Virus record (IMG/VR): IMGVR_UViG_3300012933_000183
Coordinates: 1 to 49,356 of that record
Strand: one strand, 5' to 3'
Source of the DNA: a virus
Lineage: Duplodnaviria > Caudoviricetes
DNA: 49,356 nucleotides
Shown here: in pieces, positions 1 to 8,347 of the stretch
How the letters are laid out: every line of letters starts with the position of its first letter
How positions within the stretch are numbered: position 1 is the first letter of the stretch
Made by a program: the position numbers and the translations under genes
The notes under the pieces: model-generated
Told to the model about the DNA's origin: nothing
What the model saw: the letters and a program-made list of their open reading frames with translations, nothing else
Databases searched by the model: none

Positions 1-825
1 GTTATTGCTATTGATACTGATTCTGTTTATGTGGCGCTTGAACAGATCGTTAAAACAACGGGACTCACAGACAAAGTAAAGATTACAAACTTCCTAGACA
101 AGTTATGTAGTGAAGCACTTGAATCTGTATTGGATAAATCGTTTACAACTCTTGCTGACCAGATGAATGTTCACAAGAAGCGTATCACAATGAAACGTGA
201 AGCTATTGCTGATCGTGCCATTTGGACTGCCAAGAAACGATACATCCTTAATGTGTTAGATAATGAAGGAGTTCGTTATGCGAAGCCAAAGCTTAAAATC
301 ATGGGGATTGAAGCCATCAAGTCGTCGACTCCGGCAACTTGTCGTGAGGCGTTTGCAGAATTGTTCCAAGTGCTCATCAGCGGTACGGAGAGTGAGACTC
401 AAAATTTCATTAGCAAATACAGAGAAACTTTTGAAGCACTCCCACCAGAGGCAAAAGCTTTTCCACGCGGAGTATCAGAACTTAAAAAGTATATGGACCG
501 TCAAGGGATTTATACGAAAGGCACGCCGATTAATTCCCGAGCGGCAATCATGTACAACCACTTATTGAAAGCAAATGGTCTAAAGACATATGCACCGATT
601 CGTGGTGGCGATAAGATTAAGTACATTCATTTGTACCCAAATAATCCAACAAAAGAAAACGTAATTGGTTTCATTGATGTACTTCCACCTGAATTTAAGT
701 TGGAACGATATATTGATAATGATACACAATTCGAAAAAGCATTCCTTGAACCAGCAAAGATTATTCTAGATGCTATTGGATGGGAAGCTGAACCAACTGC
801 GACATTAGAAGACTTCTTCAGTTAA
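1..825 (+). CDS. gp43: Family B DNA polymerase, C-terminal part (5'-truncated by window edge)
   Basis: Frame 1 is open from base 1 and reads VIAIDTDSVY (PolB motif C); KKRY, KIMGIEAIKSSTP and terminal TLEDFF match T4-like gp43. Confidence 0.96.
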   Translation, partial: VIAIDTDSVYVALEQIVKTTGLTDKVKITNFLDKLCSEALESVLDKSFTTLADQMNVHKKRITMKREAIADRAIWTAKKRYILNVLDNEGVRYAKPKLKIMGIEAIKSSTPATCREAFAELFQVLISGTESETQNFISKYRETFEALPPEAKAFPRGVSELKKYMDRQGIYTKGTPINSRAAIMYNHLLKANGLKTYAPIRGGDKIKYIHLYPNNPTKENVIGFIDVLPPEFKLERYIDNDTQFEKAFLEPAKIILDAIGWEAEPTATLEDFFS

Positions 826-854
826 TGTACAGCAACAAATTTTTATGATACAAT
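826..854 (+). promoter_or_regulatory. Early (sigma70-type) promoter
   Basis: TGTACA-17 nt-TACAAT with extended -10 TG; one of 15 copies. Confidence 0.8.
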
Positions 855-873
855 ATAATTTTTAGGAGTGATT

Positions 874-1326
874 ATGAGTGAACATGTAAACAGTAAATGG
901 GTTGGCGATATCGCCGCAATGCACACCAAGTTTGGTGTTAATACTGTATTGCGAGGATTGGATCGTGAGAAGCTTGAGGCATTCCTTAAGTTCCGTATCG
1001 ACTTCTTGCAAGAAGAACTTGATGAAATGCGTACAGCATTGGTTGACTATCAAGCAGGTAAAATGCAAGGTGTTAAAGCAGCTGATGACACTGTCGATGC
1101 ACTGATCGATCTATGTGTGGTTGCTATTGGTACACTTGATGCATTTGATGTTAATTCAGATGAAGCTTGGAATCGTGTTCATAAGAAGAACATGGAGAAA
1201 GAAGTTGGTATCAAAGCTTCACGTCCAAATCCATTAGGTTTGCCAGACTTGATTAAGCCAGAAGGTTGGACAGCACCAACTCACGCAGACAATATCGGTT
1301 TGCTTTCTAAAGTGTATGGCAGTTAA
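874..1326 (+). CDS. MazG/PRA-PH-like all-alpha nucleoside triphosphate pyrophosphatase
   Basis: EELDE and DALID acidic motifs, VHKKNMEK, DLIKPEGW; AGGAG RBS before ATG 874. Confidence 0.8.
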   Translation: MSEHVNSKWVGDIAAMHTKFGVNTVLRGLDREKLEAFLKFRIDFLQEELDEMRTALVDYQAGKMQGVKAADDTVDALIDLCVVAIGTLDAFDVNSDEAWNRVHKKNMEKEVGIKASRPNPLGLPDLIKPEGWTAPTHADNIGLLSKVYGS

Positions 1327-1714
1327 TATTCCAACACGTGGAACATGGGATCCCTTAACATCAACTAGGGCTCCCATCATTGGTGATATTTCATCGCAGT
1401 ACGATGTGGCAACAGACACATATCGTACTGCAGTCTATGATGGTCAGCGTTGGACTGAAATGAAAAACGGCATTACTACTAGTAGCGGTACTATCACTGC
1501 ATCAAATATCACCACTACCAGAAGTAACGGTACATCTATCGCTGATACACCATTTCTACAAGAACAGATGTTTGATTTTATGAAACAGAATCTTCGTGTA
1601 GCAGAATATACTGACGGCGATGGCAAGATCCACACAGTGCAACTTGAAATGAGATTAGGTCCTTCGTACGTTTGGGAACCTATTAAACGGGTGAAAACTA
1701 AAAATCCATTATGA
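1316..1714 (+). CDS. Hypothetical protein
   Basis: 132-aa ORF overlapping both neighbours. Confidence 0.6.
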   Translation: MAVNIPTRGTWDPLTSTRAPIIGDISSQYDVATDTYRTAVYDGQRWTEMKNGITTSSGTITASNITTTRSNGTSIADTPFLQEQMFDFMKQNLRVAEYTDGDGKIHTVQLEMRLGPSYVWEPIKRVKTKNPL

Positions 1715-2700
1715 CATATTCTTTGACAGCGTTTAGCTCTATTTTTGACAATAAGACTCATCGCCAATTACATCATGAAACATGGCAAGACTTTGAAGAG
1801 ATGCTATATAAAATGGCAACTCTTCCAGGTTACAAACTAAAGAAGGGTGAACGTCGTGCTCCTAAAGGCATGAGCGCGTCACCCTTAATTACTCCTGCAG
1901 TATACACTAAAGGCGCAACACGTTCTAATGATAATGTAATTGAATGGGCCGGTTGGGCAGCAGTAGACGTTGATGATCACAAATTTGAAGGTGATCTTAA
2001 GAAAGAACTAAATGCTAAGTACGGCAATTATTATTACGTTTGTTATTCTACTTCTAGTAGTACGAATGATCATCCTAAGTTTAGGCTTGTATTCCCACTT
2101 AAATACAGTGTTAAGCGCGATGGAATCAAACACTTTTGGTATGCACTCAACAAGGAACTCGACGAACTCGGGGATCAACAGACTAAAGACTTATCGCGAA
2201 TGTATTATGTCCCTGCTGTATATCCAGGTGCTAATAATTTTATTTTCACTAACGTTGGCGAGTTTATTAATCCTTCTACTTTGATGGATAAACATCCATT
2301 CGTTGTACAACAATCTGCAGCAGCCACATTCCTCGATAGACTTCCACCTGAAGTACAGAAGAAAGTCGTGTCACATCGTGAAGAGCAACTTAAAGCAGTT
2401 GCTAATTACAATTTCGAATGGTCGTCATACTCTGATTGCCCATTTGTAAACAAGAAACTACTAAGAGACTACAATGCAATTGCTCATGCTGATGGTAGCG
2501 GTCGTTATTCTATGATCTACAAGATCATGACATCGATTGCATGCAATGCAGTTAAATCTAAATATCCAATAACCTCTGCACAGATTGCAGAATTAATTCG
2601 TCAACTTGATCGAGATACCGCTAACATCTACAAGAAGCGACCATTGCAAACTGAAGCAGAGCGTGCTTTGGAGTATGCATACAGAACCGTCGAAATCTAA
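1711..2700 (+). CDS. Archaeo-eukaryotic primase (AEP) / primase-polymerase-like protein
   Basis: AAVDVDD (DxD), YSTSSS..HPKFRLVFPL, D..TKDLSRMYYVP motifs, C-terminal helical PriCT-like region. Confidence 0.75.
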   Translation: MTYSLTAFSSIFDNKTHRQLHHETWQDFEEMLYKMATLPGYKLKKGERRAPKGMSASPLITPAVYTKGATRSNDNVIEWAGWAAVDVDDHKFEGDLKKELNAKYGNYYYVCYSTSSSTNDHPKFRLVFPLKYSVKRDGIKHFWYALNKELDELGDQQTKDLSRMYYVPAVYPGANNFIFTNVGEFINPSTLMDKHPFVVQQSAAATFLDRLPPEVQKKVVSHREEQLKAVANYNFEWSSYSDCPFVNKKLLRDYNAIAHADGSGRYSMIYKIMTSIACNAVKSKYPITSAQIAELIRQLDRDTANIYKKRPLQTEAERALEYAYRTVEI

Positions 2701-2729
2701 TGTACAGCATGTTATTTTTATGGTATAAT
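2701..2729 (+). promoter_or_regulatory. Early promoter heading the DNA-modification operon
   Basis: TGTACA-17 nt-TATAAT with TG extension. Confidence 0.85.
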
Positions 2730-2753
2730 AGATCTATTACTTAAGGAAAACCT

Positions 2754-3134
2754 ATGTCACAATACACGCGATACTCTGCAAAAGTTCTTTTAGAAGCTGC
2801 AGATATTCAAGAGAAAAAAGGCCAAGATTATAACAACGCGGTTTCTAGTGTTCAACAAGCAGATTATTACCCACGTGGTGTAACATCTATTCTTGATATT
2901 GTCAATGCAAAATATCTTCGCATGGTTTCCGTACTCGAAACCATGCAAGCAGGTGGCAATGTCAACTTCGAATCAGTTGAAGATTCTGCTATTGATATGA
3001 TCAACTATGCATCGTTTATCGTGGCTTATATGCGTGGTCAAGTTCCTGGTCAAATTCCAGGCAATGACATTTTCAATCGTAAATCTGATGGCAATCCAGC
3101 TTTGCTTCCATCTGCACCTAAGGAAAAACAATGA
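2754..3134 (+). CDS. Nucleotide-modification-associated domain protein (Nmad1/DUF1599-like)
   Basis: EKKGQDY, K..R and EDSAIDMINY motifs; lies directly before gp42. Confidence 0.65.
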   Translation: MSQYTRYSAKVLLEAADIQEKKGQDYNNAVSSVQQADYYPRGVTSILDIVNAKYLRMVSVLETMQAGGNVNFESVEDSAIDMINYASFIVAYMRGQVPGQIPGNDIFNRKSDGNPALLPSAPKEKQ

Positions 3135-3838
3135 TTCGCAATTGTGTTTATGATATTCGTGAAGAATTTGCACGTAAACTTCGTCAAGAAGATTTTGTAA
3201 CTGATAAAGGTGGTCAACGCACCATCGAAATTATCAATGCATCTTTCATTGCAGATCAAATTGCAATCTTTGGTGAAGTCAATGAAGATTATGTCAAGCG
3301 CGAACTTGAATGGTATCGTTCAATGTCATTGAGTGTTGACGACATTCCAGGCGGTGCACCTGCAATTTGGAAGCAAGTCGCTGATAAGTATGGTCGTATC
3401 AATTCAAACTATGGTTGGTGCATTTACTCAGCAGATAACTATCATCAGTTTGTTAAAGTAGTGGATGAATTGTGTAAGTCTCCATTGTCACGTCGTGCAA
3501 CTATGATTTACATTCGACCAACAATGCATGAAGATTACAACCGCGATGGTATGTCCGACTTCATGTGCACTTACTCAACTCAATACTATCTTCGCGATGG
3601 TCAACTACATGCATCAGTGTTCATGCGATCAAATGATGCAGTTTATGGCTATAAGAATGATTATGCATGGCAACGTTATGTACAAAAAGAAGTTCTTCAA
3701 GCAATCAATGGTAAGTCTAATACAGTATATGGCCTTGGTGATCTTCACTGGAATGCTGGTAGCTTACATGTCTATGAACGCCACTTTAACTTAGTCAAAG
3801 AATGGGATGAGTCTCTCGATGTCGACTACTTGGCATAA
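3131..3838 (+). CDS. gp42: dCMP hydroxymethylase (thymidylate synthase superfamily)
   Basis: Colinear with T4 gp42: DFVTDKGG..TIEIINASF, RELEWY, INSNYGW, SRR, DGMSDFMCT, MRSND..GYKNDYAWQ (Asp at the cytosine-specificity position), GSLHVY. Confidence 0.92.
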   Translation: MIRNCVYDIREEFARKLRQEDFVTDKGGQRTIEIINASFIADQIAIFGEVNEDYVKRELEWYRSMSLSVDDIPGGAPAIWKQVADKYGRINSNYGWCIYSADNYHQFVKVVDELCKSPLSRRATMIYIRPTMHEDYNRDGMSDFMCTYSTQYYLRDGQLHASVFMRSNDAVYGYKNDYAWQRYVQKEVLQAINGKSNTVYGLGDLHWNAGSLHVYERHFNLVKEWDESLDVDYLA

Positions 3839-4262
3839 TCGTTATATGCAAATGGCCAAAGAGGTTTCTCTTTGGTCTAAAGATCCAAATACCAAAGTTG
3901 GAGCCATTGCTGTCGGCGAGAAAGGTCAAATCCTTTCTCAAGGTTACAATGGTTTCCCTCGAGGTATTTTCGATAGTCCTGATCGTTTGAATGATCGTGA
4001 AACGAAATATCGTTTTGTTGTCCACGCTGAAATGAATGTGATTTATAATGCTACATATTCTGGAGTGTCTCTTGATGGTGCAAAGCTTTATGTTTATGGC
4101 TTGCCTGTTTGTAATGAGTGTGCTAAAGGTATAATCCAAGTTGGCATCAAAGACCTATATGTGTCTAAGGAATGTATCGAATTACGCCCACATTGGTTCG
4201 AATCATGGATGCAATCGGTTGATATGTTTAATGAAGCAGGTTTGAAAGTGCATATAGTATGA
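3819..4262 (+). CDS. cd: dCMP deaminase
   Basis: SKDP..KVGA, GYNG, HAEMN, PVCNECAK zinc-deaminase motifs. Confidence 0.92.
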   Translation: MSTTWHNRYMQMAKEVSLWSKDPNTKVGAIAVGEKGQILSQGYNGFPRGIFDSPDRLNDRETKYRFVVHAEMNVIYNATYSGVSLDGAKLYVYGLPVCNECAKGIIQVGIKDLYVSKECIELRPHWFESWMQSVDMFNEAGLKVHIV

Positions 4263-5407
4263 TTGAGACGACACAATATTATGATGAGTATCTTCGTTAC
4301 TTTGCTCTTGCTACTAAACAACAAGAGCTTTGTAATTTTGGAACGACGCTTCATACAGAATCAGATGTAGATGATGATCTAATGCATCACGTAGAACTAT
4401 ATGATGTGGTTGAACGTAAGTATGCTGGATTCTCACAGATCGTTAATGATGCATTTTATGGATGGACAGATAAGCATCCATATTGGGACAAGATGCAATC
4501 AGGTCATATCACGCTTCAACGTGAAGTTGTAGCAAAAGATTGGACCGGCAAGCATACAGATTTTAAATTGCCAGAATGGTTGTATATCTTTATTCTTCAT
4601 CGTGTCTGTGGTTCTGCTATCAATTACGCTACTAAACCTAGCGGATACTACAACACATTGCTCTTCAACTTGCACAAAGCTAAGACAATTGAAGGAATGA
4701 CTGAGATTGTCAACAAACATCCTAAGCCATTCTACACATCAGTTGGTTACCAATTCCCAGCATTCCCTAAAATTCCACCTAACACTTCATATAAACGAGG
4801 TGGCGATTATTATCTAACTGAATATGCACCACGTTTAGCACGTGACTTGGCAGAATTCTTGGAAAAAGGTGGTAAGAGAGATCTGCGTGAGATCGGTTCA
4901 TTCATGTTGAACTGGAACGTTGAGAACGGCCTTCGTCAATATCATTTCCAATATGCAGCAGTTGTTGCTGACATCGCAGATTGGTATCCACAATACGTTA
5001 ATGCAGAATCTATGTTCTATTATGGAACAAATGCTGTTGAGTGTATTTCATATTTGGCAAAACCAACTACTAAGATGAAGCAAGATCAATTCTTAGATGA
5101 AGTTATGACAAAGATTTATGAAGACACTGGTGCATATCCATATAATGCAGAGGACGTATGTTGTGACTTCATCCGATGGGTTGAAAACTATGTGAGACCA
5201 GGTGCAGATTATAATCATCTAGATTTTGATACGCTATGGTCATCATGCAAAATTAAAGATCATCCATATGGACGCCAAGAAAACATGTTGAAACTTGGCT
5301 TAGTAAAATCATTCAACACAATGACTGCCCATCCATCTGACGACACCATTATTAAAGCAGCAGGTTTAACTGTAGAAGAATACAAAGCAAAATGCAAAAC
5401 GATTTAA
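4259..5407 (+). CDS. aGPT-Pplase / HhH-glycosylase-fold DNA base hypermodification enzyme (5-hydroxymethylpyrimidine DNA kinase- or transferase-like)
   Basis: FILHRVCGS, FQYAAVVADIADW, YGTNAVECI, NAEDVCCDFIRW (E-x3-C-x2-aromatic C-terminal motif); genomic context. Confidence 0.6.
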   Translation: MIETTQYYDEYLRYFALATKQQELCNFGTTLHTESDVDDDLMHHVELYDVVERKYAGFSQIVNDAFYGWTDKHPYWDKMQSGHITLQREVVAKDWTGKHTDFKLPEWLYIFILHRVCGSAINYATKPSGYYNTLLFNLHKAKTIEGMTEIVNKHPKPFYTSVGYQFPAFPKIPPNTSYKRGGDYYLTEYAPRLARDLAEFLEKGGKRDLREIGSFMLNWNVENGLRQYHFQYAAVVADIADWYPQYVNAESMFYYGTNAVECISYLAKPTTKMKQDQFLDEVMTKIYEDTGAYPYNAEDVCCDFIRWVENYVRPGADYNHLDFDTLWSSCKIKDHPYGRQENMLKLGLVKSFNTMTAHPSDDTIIKAAGLTVEEYKAKCKTI

Positions 5408-6378
5408 GCGAATTCATTGATGAACCATACATCAATATTACATATCCAAACACTGCTACTGTTGAATTAAAGAATGGCAAGCCAATAGAAAGCTGGATGA
5501 AAAACTGGACACAAGAAGAACGATTCGAAAAGTTCTTTGAATGGTGTACTGCATTCGACAAGCGTGAAGATAAACTATTGAAAGAAGACTATCAGATCTT
5601 CTCTCATCGTTTACACTGGCATGAACATCCATTTGTAGATGCAATGGCACCAATCACTGATAATAAGAAACGTTTATTCTATACATTGGTGTTCTCATTT
5701 AGTAATGAGCATTGGGGTACACTCATGTCATTAATGAATGATGGTATTCCTGCTACACGTGAACGATTTAAGAATCAACGACATGCTCGTAATGACTTGT
5801 TTCAAATCTATTACCCAAAGAATACGAACGTAAAAGAGTGGCTGATCGATGGTCCAATGAAAGCTGCTGAGGCTATGCATACGATCTTAGAAGAACCTAA
5901 ATCTATGGGTCGACCATTTACAATGATGGAATTTGCTAAGCGTTTAGAAGCATACTTCAAAGAGCATCAAGGATTTAGAAGCCCATTATATCCATGTAAG
6001 AACACTGCTCGTTATATGGCATTTGCATATCCACATTTAGTAGATCCTGAATCAGTACTATTCGGTGGCACAGGTCACTTCGATGGTATGCAACAAATCT
6101 TCGGTGGTCAAAACTTAAATGGTAAAGTGAAGTATCATATCGACACAGATGGTCAATTCATTGCTGATAATAAGCAAGGTGAATTGTGGATTGAACAGAT
6201 GCATACACTATGTAATGATCCACGCAATCCAATGCGAGAGCAAAAGATGTTGAACGTAGAAGACAAGACATGTTTCTTCTATAAGCATATCGCCATTAGT
6301 CACGGCGTTAAATCACCGACTAAGCGAATCCCATACACATGGATTTTCCCATCTGATTTTAGTCTTAAGAAACTATGA
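5392..6378 (+). CDS. Second aGPT-Pplase-like DNA hypermodification protein
   Basis: FFEWC..FDKRED, KNTARYMAFAYPHLVDPES..GGTGHFDG, NVEDKTCFFYKH; same C-terminal motif as the upstream gene. Confidence 0.55.
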   Translation: MQNDLSEFIDEPYINITYPNTATVELKNGKPIESWMKNWTQEERFEKFFEWCTAFDKREDKLLKEDYQIFSHRLHWHEHPFVDAMAPITDNKKRLFYTLVFSFSNEHWGTLMSLMNDGIPATRERFKNQRHARNDLFQIYYPKNTNVKEWLIDGPMKAAEAMHTILEEPKSMGRPFTMMEFAKRLEAYFKEHQGFRSPLYPCKNTARYMAFAYPHLVDPESVLFGGTGHFDGMQQIFGGQNLNGKVKYHIDTDGQFIADNKQGELWIEQMHTLCNDPRNPMREQKMLNVEDKTCFFYKHIAISHGVKSPTKRIPYTWIFPSDFSLKKL

Positions 6379-7364
6379 GTAGAGTACTTACAAACCCAAT
6401 CAGCAATATCCCCAAACTAAAGAACTCACACGTTCTTGGATGGTCACTAGTTTGGGCAGATCAATTAGAAGCAGCAATTGATAATGCTTGTTCACCTAAC
6501 ATTGCAAACTATGACACGGTCTACATCGAGCATGGTGTAAACTTTAGCGGTACACTGAATCTATTCGGTGGTGCCACTAAGGAAATCTTTGATCGTATCA
6601 ATCGAGTAGCTGCACATCCTGATGTAACTTCACTTGATTTTGATATGCCAGATTGGGGAGCACAACTCAAGAAACGAATCGGTGCACCTACAACATATGA
6701 AGGTATCACTGAAGATTGGTGTGATGCACTATCTAAACGTTTGGCAAAGGTTCCATCGCTGAAGCAAGAACAACTTCCAAACATATCTCCAGACTTTTAT
6801 GGTTTTTCAGTAGGTGATTCTCATACACCAGCATATTCACGTAAAGATGATATCGTATTGCGTGAGAATGGCAAGACACTATTTGGTACACTCAAACGTG
6901 GACTAATTACTGAATTTAGAAATGCACAACCATTTGGAATTATAACATTCTCATATGGTTCAATTGATATTCGTCATCACATTCTACGTCATGCAAATTT
7001 TAATCTAGACGACATGCTCACTGAATACGTAAAGCAAGGTAGAGCAATTGAAAAAGAATACAGTTGCCAAGTTTACTACACTGCACCAGTTCCAGTTGAA
7101 TATGAAGAACGCAGATTGCCAAAGACTGGTTATTTCAAAGGTACGCCATTCTATGGTTCACGTAAAGATCGTTTAGATCTTACACTACGTTTTATAGATC
7201 GACTAAATAAAATTAGTGGCAACAAAGTTGTCATGCCGCCAGAAGAATGGTACAAAATGGATGGTGAGAAGTATGCAAAGACTTATATGGAAAATAGTTC
7301 AAGTGTTCACATCTCTCCACAATATTATAGACGCAACGATTGGGGTCAAACATGTTTAGCGTAA
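6375..7364 (+). CDS. Hypothetical protein with C-terminal SGNH/GDSL-like domain
   Basis: SVGDSH (block I), GKTLFG, YGSIDIRHH (block III-like), SSSVHISP (block V-like). Confidence 0.55.
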   Translation: MSRVLTNPISNIPKLKNSHVLGWSLVWADQLEAAIDNACSPNIANYDTVYIEHGVNFSGTLNLFGGATKEIFDRINRVAAHPDVTSLDFDMPDWGAQLKKRIGAPTTYEGITEDWCDALSKRLAKVPSLKQEQLPNISPDFYGFSVGDSHTPAYSRKDDIVLRENGKTLFGTLKRGLITEFRNAQPFGIITFSYGSIDIRHHILRHANFNLDDMLTEYVKQGRAIEKEYSCQVYYTAPVPVEYEERRLPKTGYFKGTPFYGSRKDRLDLTLRFIDRLNKISGNKVVMPPEEWYKMDGEKYAKTYMENSSSVHISPQYYRRNDWGQTCLA

Positions 7365-8287
7365 CGACAGATACAAGTAATAAAGACATCACGATGAATA
7401 TGAGTCGTGAAGATGCAAAACAAGAATACCTCGAAATGTGGGGAACATTCGATAGTAAATGTGGACTCCCTGTGGTAGAGAAATTTGGGGACAAATATAT
7501 ATTACGTGCAGATAAAGCACCAGGTGGTTTGAAAGCTTTCGGTGGCGAAAGAGTTATTGCTGAGACTAAGCATGATACATTAGTGTATTGTGCACCACGT
7601 CAAGGTCATGCTCCAGATGCTATCGCAATGTTGGCTGAAATGTATAACAAGAAAGTTGTATTCTTCTGTCCATCAAGCAAGGAAGTATCTAATCATCAAG
7701 GTGCATTGTTTGCATATCCGCATGTCGATATGAGATTCTTTAGAATCGCTGCTATGCCAGTATTGAATTTGTATGCGAAGAAGTGGGCAGAGGAAAACGA
7801 TGCACAGTATCTTCCATTCGGTTTAACAGGTAATGCAATGGTTACTGCTGGTCTCGTAAACATGGCGAACAACGTAACGAAGATTATTGGTCATGAACCA
7901 ACTGAAATCTGGTGTGCAGTATCAACAGGAACGATGGTACGAGCACTGCAAATCGGTTGGCCTAATGCACAACCATACGGTGTTGCAGTAGCACGTAACA
8001 TTCATAAGGGTGAAATTGGTGATGCTAAAGTTGTAACAGCAACTATGCCATTCCTAAAACCACATCCTATTGCAGGTGAAATGCCATTCCCAACTACAGC
8101 AGCTTATGATGCTAAAGCATGGGAAGGATTCGTAAAGAATGGAAAACCTGGTGCAATTTTCATTAACGTTGGTGCGGATAGTCATATCAACCGTAACTTG
8201 TCAAAAGTAGACATTAGCAAGATTAATAGCTACAGAGAATGGCATGATATGGGAGATCTTAAACAAAATCGCGCATACAAAGAATAA
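7352..8287 (+). CDS. PLP-dependent enzyme, fold type II (TrpB/ACC-deaminase-like)
   Basis: ILRADKAPGGLK (PLP lysine), CAVSTGT phosphate loop, AYDAKAW, FINVG. Confidence 0.78.
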   Translation: MFSVTTDTSNKDITMNMSREDAKQEYLEMWGTFDSKCGLPVVEKFGDKYILRADKAPGGLKAFGGERVIAETKHDTLVYCAPRQGHAPDAIAMLAEMYNKKVVFFCPSSKEVSNHQGALFAYPHVDMRFFRIAAMPVLNLYAKKWAEENDAQYLPFGLTGNAMVTAGLVNMANNVTKIIGHEPTEIWCAVSTGTMVRALQIGWPNAQPYGVAVARNIHKGEIGDAKVVTATMPFLKPHPIAGEMPFPTTAAYDAKAWEGFVKNGKPGAIFINVGADSHINRNLSKVDISKINSYREWHDMGDLKQNRAYKE

Positions 8288-8291
8288 ACTG

Positions 8292-8320
8292 TTTACAACA
8301 GAATACGAATGTGATACAAT
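8292..8320 (+). promoter_or_regulatory. Early promoter of uvsX
   Basis: gTTTACA-17 nt-TACAAT with TG extension. Confidence 0.8.
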
Positions 8321-8347
8321 GTACAGATATGCTAAAGGAGCAATAAA

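Noticed and set aside
3131-3838. Ordinary thymidylate synthase (thyA/td)
   Set aside because: Sequence follows T4 gp42 and has Asp at the specificity position; ThyX is present separately
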